From contig JAWDMD010000004.1 of assembly GCA_046536775.1 (NCBI GenBank), positions 1 to 26,058 of the forward strand: a stretch of 26,058 bases of DNA. Reading direction: 5' to 3'. How positions within the stretch are numbered: the stretch's first letter is position 1; each line of letters begins with the position of its first letter. A program made the position numbers and the translations under genes. Below are positions 1 through 5,995 of the stretch, piece after piece. Under the pieces are notes generated by a model. It saw nothing but the letters and a program-made list of their open reading frames with translations. It made no database searches and was not told the origin of the DNA. This stretch comes from Candidatus Nanopusillus sp. GTDB taxonomy: Archaea > Nanobdellota > Nanobdellia > Nanobdellales > Nanobdellaceae.

Positions 1-315
1 TTCATTAAATAATGTTGCATTATTTACATATGCAAAATTATTACCAATATTTATACTTCCATTACATATTGCTATATCTTGTTGAAATGGAGATGGAGTT
101 GGAGTATTTTGCGTATTTGATATCAATATAGGATATACACCAGAATCTGATGCAGCAACACAATAATATAAATTTGCTGTAGTTAGTGTTATACTCTTAG
201 CTGCGGCACTATTACTTCCAGCAACATCTGCTCCGACCTGCGAATATATATTAGATGTAGAAATTAATAATAGAAAACTTATTATAGCAAAATATAATAT
301 TCTTTTTATTCCCAT
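1..315 (-). CDS. hypothetical secreted protein (C-terminus cut by window edge)
   Basis: Not in the supplied ORF track. My own minus-strand translation from the ATG at 315..313 stays open to position 1 (105 codons): MGIKRILYFAIISFLLLISTSNIYSQVGADVAGSNSAAAK... This is a short basic N-terminus plus a hydrophobic core (Sec-type signal peptide look), followed by an Asn/Thr/Ser-rich region with two Cys. Confidence 0.45.
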   Translation of the reverse strand, partial: MGIKRILYFAIISFLLLISTSNIYSQVGADVAGSNSAAAKSITLTTANLYYCVAASDSGVYPILISNTQNTPTPSPFQQDIAICNGSINIGNNFAYVNNATLFNE

Positions 316-388
316 GAGATATTAGAAAACATTGCCCAATATAAGATTATGATTGTTAATAACCTTAATCATTTATGATAATCGAACC

Positions 389-461
389 CGGGCCCGGGGG
401 GATTCGAACCCCCGATCTTCGGGTTAAGAGCCCGACGCTTTACCAGCTAAGCTACGGGCCC
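389..461 (-). tRNA. tRNA-Lys (anticodon CUU), 73 nt, no encoded CCA
   Basis: The minus strand reads GGGCCCG-TA-GCTT-AGCTGGTA-AAGC-G-TCGGG-CTCTTAA-CCCGA-AGATC-GGGGG-TTCGAAT-CCCCC-CGGGCCC-G. It forms a perfect 7-bp acceptor stem, 4-bp D stem, 5-bp anticodon stem and 5-bp T stem with a TTCGAAT loop. The anticodon loop is C-T-CTT-A-A. The segment is a GC-rich island in AT-rich DNA. Confidence 0.92.
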
Positions 462-494
462 AATATAAATTTTATAATAAAAAGAAATTATAAA

Positions 495-1073
495 TTATTC
501 CACATTATAATCTTTTATTTCTGGTATGAAATTTTTTATAATTTCTTTTTGTTCTTTACTTAAATTCATATCTTTAACACTTATTGATATTTTCTTATTG
601 TTTTCATCAATATTTACATCAATACCTTTTTTAGAAATATTATATGTTATACTCAAAATTCCCAAAACTTTTTCTTTTAAATCTGTAACTTCTCTATTCA
701 ATTTTATTACATATAATAGATCTTTACCAGCATATGGATGGTTAAAATCTATAATAACCCTCCCACTATTTATGGATCTTATAATACCAACCATATTATC
801 TACATTTACAACCAAGTTTGGTATTGGATTTATATTTCTCTTATAAAATTCACTGATAGGTATTATTTTAACTAAATTTGAATCTCTTTCTCCGAAAGGT
901 CTTTTTAATAAAAAACTATATTCTTTTCCATACTCTGCATTAGTCAACTTTTCTTCAATTTCTTTATTCAATATATTATATCCTAAAGGCATTATTACCG
1001 GTTCATTCGTTTTTTCCAACAATCTGTTATCTTGATCATATATTGAATACTCGATCTCGACCCACTTTACCAT
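495..1073 (-). CDS. FKBP-type peptidyl-prolyl cis-trans isomerase (archaeal SlyD-like, with flap insert)
   Basis: 192-aa ORF. Contains the DFNHPYAGKDL motif typical of archaeal/SlyD FKBPs (DFNHPLAGK), preceded by an insert-in-flap-like segment. Confidence 0.75.
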   Translation of the reverse strand: MVKWVEIEYSIYDQDNRLLEKTNEPVIMPLGYNILNKEIEEKLTNAEYGKEYSFLLKRPFGERDSNLVKIIPISEFYKRNINPIPNLVVNVDNMVGIIRSINSGRVIIDFNHPYAGKDLLYVIKLNREVTDLKEKVLGILSITYNISKKGIDVNIDENNKKISISVKDMNLSKEQKEIIKNFIPEIKDYNVE

Positions 1074-1094
1074 TGATGAAAAATCTAAATAAAG

Positions 1095-1104
1095 TTTATA
1101 TAAA
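1095..1104. promoter_or_regulatory. palindromic TATA-like box in the divergent FKBP/ftsZ intergenic region
   Basis: TTTATATAAA is its own reverse complement. Its centre lies about 26 nt upstream of the FKBP ATG (1073), which fits a leaderless transcript. A second A/T box, TTTTATTAA (about 1139-1147), lies about 26 nt upstream of the ftsZ ATG. AT-rich background makes chance matches likely. Confidence 0.3.
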
Positions 1105-1168
1105 TTATTTAAAGTTTTTGATTATCTAAAAAAGATAGTTTTATTAATTTTATTTTCAAAAAAATTTA

Positions 1169-2242
1169 ATGGATAATGATACGGAGATTTTTGATAAAGA
1201 GTTGGAAGAATATCTAGCACAAGCAACAAAGAGGATAAAGGTTATTGGATGTGGAGGTGGTGGAAGCAATACAATCTCTACATTATATAACATGGGAATT
1301 GAGGGTCCAGAATTAATAGCAATAAATACTGATGTAAGGCATTTGTTAATAACAAAAGCACATAAAAAGATACTAGTAGGAAAACAACTAACAAAAGGTT
1401 TAGGTGCAGGAAAAGATCCTAAAGTTGGAGAAGAAGCTGCAAAGGAATCTGAACAGGAATTAAAAAAAGCAATAGAAGGTTCTGATGTTGTATTTATAAC
1501 TTGTGGTCTCGGAGGAGGAACTGGGGGTGGTACAGCACCAGTTGTTGCTGAAATTGCAAAAAAGATGGGAACTTTAGTAATTGCTATATGTACATGGCCC
1601 TTCTCTGCAGAAGGTGCAAATATATGGGATAATGCTTTATATTCTTTAGAAAAATTAGAAAACAATGTAGATTTATTAGTAATTATTCCAAATGATAAAT
1701 TACAGGCTTTATATCCAAACATTCCATTAATGCAAGCATTTAAAGTTGCAGATTCATTATTAGCAAATGCATTAAAGGATCTAACAGAATTATTAACAAA
1801 ACCAGGATATATAAATGTAGATTTTGCAGACTTTAGATCAATTGTAGCTAGTTCTGGATATGGTGTATTTGGAGTTGGAGAATCAAATTCAGAAAGCAAA
1901 GCATCAGAAGCTGTTCAAAGAGCATTAAACAATCCTTTGGTTGATGTTGATGCTACAGGAGCAAAAGCTGCATTGGTGAGAATTGTTGCATCACCAGATG
2001 TAACACCTACAGACATAAATAAAATATTAGATACAATAAAATCTGTATTAGATCCAAAAGCAAAATTAATACAAGGTATTACATTTGAAGAGGATAAAAA
2101 GAATTATTTAAGGATATCATTAACAATTACAAAACTAAAAGCTCCTCCATCATTTATATTGGGAATAAAATCTGGAGAAAAAGAATTAAAACCGGAAGAA
2201 CAGAAAAAGTTAGAAAGCGATCTTGGAATTGAAGTTATTTAG
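1169..2242 (+). CDS. ftsZ: cell division protein FtsZ
   Basis: 357 aa. Contains the GCGGGGSNT and GLGGGTGGGTAPVVAEIAK tubulin/FtsZ GTP-binding signatures. Overall length and layout are typical of archaeal FtsZ. Confidence 0.95.
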   Translation: MDNDTEIFDKELEEYLAQATKRIKVIGCGGGGSNTISTLYNMGIEGPELIAINTDVRHLLITKAHKKILVGKQLTKGLGAGKDPKVGEEAAKESEQELKKAIEGSDVVFITCGLGGGTGGGTAPVVAEIAKKMGTLVIAICTWPFSAEGANIWDNALYSLEKLENNVDLLVIIPNDKLQALYPNIPLMQAFKVADSLLANALKDLTELLTKPGYINVDFADFRSIVASSGYGVFGVGESNSESKASEAVQRALNNPLVDVDATGAKAALVRIVASPDVTPTDINKILDTIKSVLDPKAKLIQGITFEEDKKNYLRISLTITKLKAPPSFILGIKSGEKELKPEEQKKLESDLGIEVI

Positions 2243-2672
2243 ATTTTTCTATTAATTTTAAACTATTTATAGGTACATTTAATTGTAAAGGAACTGGAAC
2301 ATCAATTAATTCTATTGTTACTTCCTTTTTCTTTTCATCTATACTTATTATTTTTCCTCTAGTTCCTTTAAATGCTCCAGATAATACTTCTACTATATCA
2401 TTTATATCATATTCAACTTTTTCTTCTTCAAAGTATTTCAATAAATCTTCTATTGGGATTTCTTGAGGTAATACTCTTTTAACATGTCTTATTCCCAATA
2501 CAGCTCTTTGTAATTCTAAAGAATTTATTGTTTCAACAAATAAATATCCTTTTACGCCGGGTATTTGCATTATAGAATATATAGCATATCTTCCATTCTT
2601 TCCTTCATTTGCTAAAATATCGGATACAAGCTCCTCTCTTCCAGATGTTACAACTATGGCGTATATTGGCAT
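2235..2672 (-). CDS. spt5: transcription elongation factor Spt5 (NusG)
   Basis: 145 aa. N-terminal NGN domain (MPIYAIVVTSGREE...) plus a C-terminal KOW motif (GAFKGTRGKIISIDEKKKEVTIEL). Adjacent to secE. Confidence 0.9.
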   Translation of the reverse strand: MPIYAIVVTSGREELVSDILANEGKNGRYAIYSIMQIPGVKGYLFVETINSLELQRAVLGIRHVKRVLPQEIPIEDLLKYFEEEKVEYDINDIVEVLSGAFKGTRGKIISIDEKKKEVTIELIDVPVPLQLNVPINSLKLIEKSK

Positions 2673-2839
2673 ATCATTATACTATACTGTAAACTTATAA
2701 ATATAGGTAATACGATAACTGCAACCAATGCAAAGAATAATAAAGTAACATAAACTAATTTTTTTACCTCATCCCATTTGGGTTTATTAGCTGTTTCATA
2801 TACCTCCTTCATTTCCTTTATACTATCAATGATACCCAT
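2654..2839 (-). CDS. secE: preprotein translocase subunit SecE / Sec61-gamma
   Basis: 61 aa. Amphipathic N-terminus (KPKWDEVKK) followed by a single C-terminal TM helix. Sits immediately upstream of spt5 and overlaps it by 19 nt, the canonical secE-nusG pairing. Confidence 0.7.
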   Translation of the reverse strand: MGIIDSIKEMKEVYETANKPKWDEVKKLVYVTLLFFALVAVIVLPIFISLQYSIMICQYTP

Positions 2840-2840
2840 C

Positions 2841-2870
2841 TATATAATCTTTAAAATATATTTTAAAAAA
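2841..2870. promoter_or_regulatory. interleaved divergent promoter region for secE (-) and L11 (+)
   Basis: Only 40 nt separate the two start codons (2839 and 2880). The gap contains TATATAAT (2841-2848), the 14-nt perfect palindrome TAAAATATATTTTA (2852-2865) and TTTTAAAAAA (2861-2870). The assignment as TATA boxes is inferred. Confidence 0.3.
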
Positions 2871-2879
2871 CAAATCTAT

Positions 2880-3359
2880 ATGGGCAAGGAAGTTATAGAA
2901 TTATTAGTAGAAGGTGGAAATGCTAAACCAGGACCAAATATAGGACCAAAATTGAGTCAACTAAAATTAAACATTGGGGAAGTAATAAGTAAGATAAACG
3001 AAGCTACAAAAGAATTCAAAGGTCTACAAGTACCTGTAAAAATAATAGTAGATACAGAAACAAAAAAATATGAAATATCTGTTGGATTACCACCAACATC
3101 ATCATTATTAAAAAGAGAAGCAAATGTAGAAGTTGCAAAAAGAACAAAACCAGATGAAGTGGTTGGAAATGTTACAATGGAACAAATAATAAAGGTTGCA
3201 AAAATTAAGATGAAAGATTTAAATACCAATAATTTAAAATATGCAGTAAAAATGGTTCTAGGAACAGCATTATCCTTGGGATTAACAGTAAATAATAGAA
3301 ATCCAAAAGAGTTAGAAAAAGAAGTCGATCAAGGATTATATGATAATCTATTAAGATGA
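2880..3359 (+). CDS. rpl11: 50S ribosomal protein L11 (uL11)
   Basis: The track ORF starts at 2778, but its first 34 codons are hydrophobic junk antisense to secE. The conserved N-terminus MGKEVIELLVEGGNAKPGPNIGPKLS begins at the ATG at 2880, giving 159 aa. Confidence 0.9.
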   Translation: MGKEVIELLVEGGNAKPGPNIGPKLSQLKLNIGEVISKINEATKEFKGLQVPVKIIVDTETKKYEISVGLPPTSSLLKREANVEVAKRTKPDEVVGNVTMEQIIKVAKIKMKDLNTNNLKYAVKMVLGTALSLGLTVNNRNPKELEKEVDQGLYDNLLR

Positions 3360-3360
3360 T

Positions 3361-3513
3361 ATGTTTGATATTTTAAGTTTTTTTATTGGTTTAATATTTG
3401 GGATAGTTATATCAGTTATTACAATTTTTCTGATTATAAAACATTATATAAAGAAATACTTCTCATCTAAAAAATCAATAAGGGATATAATAGAGTTATT
3501 TGTTAAAAAATAA
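3361..3513 (+). CDS. small single-pass membrane protein (50 aa), hypothetical
   Basis: Not in the ORF track (too short). My own translation: MFDILSFFIGLIFGIVISVITIFLIIKHYIKKYFSSKKSIRDIIELFVKK*. It starts 1 nt after the L11 stop. One clear TM helix is followed by a basic tail. A TATA-like box for L1 follows it. Confidence 0.35.
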   Translation: MFDILSFFIGLIFGIVISVITIFLIIKHYIKKYFSSKKSIRDIIELFVKK

Positions 3514-3544
3514 TTTTTAAATATATTCCATATTTCTTTTTTCT

Positions 3545-4198
3545 ATGGATGTTAAAAGTGTACAATCGATCATAGAAAAATCAAAAAAGAGAAGATTTAA
3601 ACAAACAGTAGAACTAATAATTAATTTAAAGAAAGAATATGATTTAAACAAAAGTGAAAATAGATTTACAGAATATGTTGAATTACCTAAGAGTAGGGGA
3701 AAGAAAATAAAACTTGCTGCAATTGTTGGACCCGAATTAGAAACGCCAGCAAAAGAAATGTTTGATTTTGTATTAGTTAAGGATAAAATAAAGGAAATAG
3801 CTGAAAATAAGAGAGAAGCAAAAAAACTAGTTAGAAGATATTATATTTTTGCAGCACAGGCATCAACTATGGCAGATGTAGGAAGATATTTAGGTAAATA
3901 TTTATCTACAAAAAATAAAATGCCAAATCCTAAATTTGGAATGATAATTCCAGATAATGCAAACCAAGATTTCTTAAGATCTACTTATAATAGATTACAA
4001 AATATGGTTAGAATTGCTGTTAAGAGCCATAAAACTATTGGTATACCAATTGGAACTGAAGATATGAAATATGATGATATATTAGAAAATGCTAATCATG
4101 TACTAGAATATTTTATTAATAGAGTTCCTGGAAATAAAAACAGCATAAAGAGTGTTTATATAAAGCTAACAATGAGCGATTCAATAAGAATTATGTAA
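3545..4198 (+). CDS. rpl1: 50S ribosomal protein L1 (uL1)
   Basis: 217 aa in the L11-L1-L10 position. The N-terminal region (SKKRRFKQTVELIINLK) and overall pattern are typical of archaeal L1. The box TTTAAATATA lies about 24 nt upstream. Confidence 0.88.
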   Translation: MDVKSVQSIIEKSKKRRFKQTVELIINLKKEYDLNKSENRFTEYVELPKSRGKKIKLAAIVGPELETPAKEMFDFVLVKDKIKEIAENKREAKKLVRRYYIFAAQASTMADVGRYLGKYLSTKNKMPNPKFGMIIPDNANQDFLRSTYNRLQNMVRIAVKSHKTIGIPIGTEDMKYDDILENANHVLEYFINRVPGNKNSIKSVYIKLTMSDSIRIM

Positions 4199-4200
4199 AA

Positions 4201-5064
4201 ATGGTATCCCAACAAAAAATATTATATGTAAATGACTTATATTCTAAATTATCTAATTCCAAGATAATTGGAATAGCAAATATAACAGATATTCCCACAA
4301 ATGCTTTACAGGTAATTAGAAAAAAGTTAAAGGAAATGAATATCGATGTAAAAGTTGTTAAAAAGAACCTTTTTATTAAATCTTTAGAAAAAATTAATGA
4401 TCCGAATATTAAAAAGATAATAGATATGATTGAAGAAAATAAAAGAATTACGGTTCTATTAATATTGCCAAAAGAAGAGATAAATCCCTTCTTATTAAAC
4501 AAAATATTAGAAGAAAATAAAAGTTATAGATCTGCTAGGGAAGGGGATATATTGGAGGAAGATGTAATAATAAGAGCTGGACCTACCAATTTAACACCAG
4601 GTCCTGTATTAACTGAATTAAAGAAATACAATATAAAAACAAAAGTTGAAAATGGAAAAATTGTTATAATTGAAGATACAGTAGTAGCAAAGAAGGGTCA
4701 AAAGGTTGATATTGGATTAGTATCATTATTACAGAAATTTAATGTAACTCCAATACCTGTAAAAATAAAATTATTATTATTATATGATGGAAAAACATTA
4801 TATACATATGATATATTATCAACACCTTTAGAAGAGTATATAAATCAATTAAGATCTGGATTCAGAAAAGCTATATCATTATCAGTAGAAATTTCATTCC
4901 CAACAAAAGAAAATATAAAAATATTATTAACCAAAGCATACCAAAACTTAGTAAAATTATCATTAAATACAGGAATACCAACAAAAGATACAATAAAAGA
5001 TCTATTAAGAATTACAAACAGAAGATCTGCAACATTAAAAGAAAAGCTAAATATTAAAGACTAG
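4201..5064 (+). CDS. rplP0: 50S ribosomal stalk protein P0 (uL10), short form lacking the usual C-terminal tail
   Basis: 287 aa, starting 2 nt after L1. The N-terminal uL10 pattern is present (KIIGIANITDIPTNALQVIRKKLK...VKVVKKNLF). It ends ...RITNRRSATLKEKLNIKD with no acidic or hydrophobic stalk tail. Confidence 0.82.
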   Translation: MVSQQKILYVNDLYSKLSNSKIIGIANITDIPTNALQVIRKKLKEMNIDVKVVKKNLFIKSLEKINDPNIKKIIDMIEENKRITVLLILPKEEINPFLLNKILEENKSYRSAREGDILEEDVIIRAGPTNLTPGPVLTELKKYNIKTKVENGKIVIIEDTVVAKKGQKVDIGLVSLLQKFNVTPIPVKIKLLLLYDGKTLYTYDILSTPLEEYINQLRSGFRKAISLSVEISFPTKENIKILLTKAYQNLVKLSLNTGIPTKDTIKDLLRITNRRSATLKEKLNIKD

Positions 5065-5066
5065 AC

Positions 5067-5085
5067 TTTATTTTTAATATTTTTT
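5067..5085 (+). terminator. oligo-T tract after the L1-P0 operon (putative archaeal terminator)
   Basis: T5 (5071-5075) and T6 (5080-5085) runs lie directly after the P0 stop codon (5062-5064). Archaeal RNAP terminates at oligo-T, but such runs are common in this AT-rich DNA. Confidence 0.3.
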
Positions 5086-5222
5086 AGTACTTTTAAAGCA
5101 ATAATCATATCCCAAAAGTTTTTAGATTTTTAATATCAAAAATATAGAAATAAAATAGTTTTATTTTTTAGTAGATATTTTTATAGTAACATTTATAAAT
5201 ATTTATTTAATTATTTTTATAC

Positions 5223-5819
5223 ATGACACCACAAGATAGTTATAAATTAACTGATAAACCTACAATAAGAAACCTTGAAAGTATATTGAAAATACTTGAT
5301 GATGTAAAGCCAGTATTAATAGGTGGAATGGCTGTAGCTGCATATGCAAATTATTATAATATAAATTATATTAGAGAAACTGGGGATATAGATTTTATAA
5401 TAAATGAAAATAAATATGTAGATACAAAAGGAATAATATATAGAGAATTACCAAATTTACCAATTAAAGAAAGACAAATATTTGGATATGATGGTATTGA
5501 AATTAAATATAAAGATAGTCCAAGTGTAAGTATATTATTTAAAGATAAAGAAATTCCATATAATGAAATAGAATTAAATCTAGGTAAAAAGAAAATAAAA
5601 TTATATGTTGCTAAAATGGAATATCTGTTAGTAGATAAAATATTTACTTATTTGAATAGAAAGGAAGAAAAAGACTTCAATGATATAGAAATATTATCTC
5701 GTTTAATGAAAGAATATGGTTATGATAAAGACCTATTTTACAATATATTTGATGACTATTCAAAAAAATATGGAAAATATTCTTCTAAAGCTAAAGATAT
5801 TATAGAAAATATATTGTAA
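5223..5819 (+). CDS. nucleotidyltransferase-fold protein, AbiEii/DUF1814-like (solo)
   Basis: 198 aa. LIGGMAVAAY...RETGDIDFII matches the GG-x-A...R-x-[ST]-x-DIDF NTase motif of AbiEii/MenT-type toxins. The downstream YLNRKEEKDFNDIEIL resembles their R-x(3-4)-KD-x-x-D-x-x-L motif. It is shorter than typical family members, and the call rests on motif recognition only. Confidence 0.45.
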   Translation: MTPQDSYKLTDKPTIRNLESILKILDDVKPVLIGGMAVAAYANYYNINYIRETGDIDFIINENKYVDTKGIIYRELPNLPIKERQIFGYDGIEIKYKDSPSVSILFKDKEIPYNEIELNLGKKKIKLYVAKMEYLLVDKIFTYLNRKEEKDFNDIEILSRLMKEYGYDKDLFYNIFDDYSKKYGKYSSKAKDIIENIL

Positions 5820-5826
5820 ATATTTT

Positions 5827-5880
5827 TATCAGCGTAGCCGTATTCATCATTTTTCAGTTTCAAGCCAACCACATCATTAT
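5827..5880 (-). ncRNA. archaeal C/D box sRNA (2'-O-methylation guide)
   Basis: The minus strand reads ATA-ATGATGT(C)-GGTTGGCTTGAAA-CTGA(D')-AAA-ATGATGA(C')-ATACGGCTACG-CTGA(D)-TAA. All four boxes are in canonical order, with 13-nt and 11-nt guides and a 3-nt D'-C' spacer. It is an intergenic GC-enriched patch in AT-rich DNA. Confidence 0.6.
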
Positions 5881-5883
5881 TCT

Positions 5884-5935
5884 TCCCTACCTTGAGGAAC
5901 TAGTTCATGTATCCCCAGTGCATGGCAGGTAGGGA
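5884..5935 (-). other. GC-rich structured hairpin (unknown RNA or recombinase-associated element)
   Basis: 9-bp perfect stem TCCCTACCT (5884-5892) / AGGTAGGGA (5927-5935). A second 6-bp inner stem is fully paired only on the minus-strand transcript (TGGGGA/TCCTCA with one G-U, which becomes an A-C mismatch on the plus strand). It lies directly 5' of the C/D sRNA on the minus strand. Confidence 0.3.
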
Positions 5936-5995
5936 TAAAATTATAATATTTTTTATGATTTAAAATTTTTATATTGCAAAGTTTCTGAAATATAA

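Noticed and set aside
378-390. GGGTTCGAT immediately 3' of the tRNA resembles a second T-loop, a possible att-site or tRNA-fragment duplication left by an integrase
   Set aside because: Only about 8 nt are similar. There is no matching acceptor-stem fragment, and no integrase is adjacent, since the recombinase gene is 5.5 kb away. Chance resemblance is the most economical explanation.
375-846. Plus-strand ORFs 375-563 and 526-846
   Set aside because: The first reads through the tRNA-Lys gene. The second is hydrophobic low-complexity sequence antisense to the well-supported FKBP gene.
1156-1899. 247-aa minus-strand ORF antisense to ftsZ
   Set aside because: It is a shadow ORF. Its Pro/Gly runs (VPPPVPPPRP) are simply the reverse complement of the FtsZ GGGTGGG glycine codons, and ftsZ on the plus strand is unambiguous.
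2778-2879. 34-codon N-terminal extension of the L11 ORF in the supplied track
   Set aside because: It overlaps secE on the opposite strand and is hydrophobic junk. The conserved L11 N-terminus starts at the ATG at 2880.
5078-5173. 12-nt direct repeat TATTTTTTAGTA at 5078-5089 and 5162-5173 in the spacer before the NTase gene
   Set aside because: It is a low-complexity A/T sequence in an AT-rich intergenic region. A 12-mer of this composition recurring within 100 nt is not clearly beyond chance, and it does not flank any gene.
5884-5935. Interpreting the GC-rich hairpin as an H/ACA guide RNA
   Set aside because: The best fold has a one-sided 9-nt bulge rather than a two-sided pseudouridylation pocket. 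There is no convincing K-turn or K-loop, and no ACA at the required distance.
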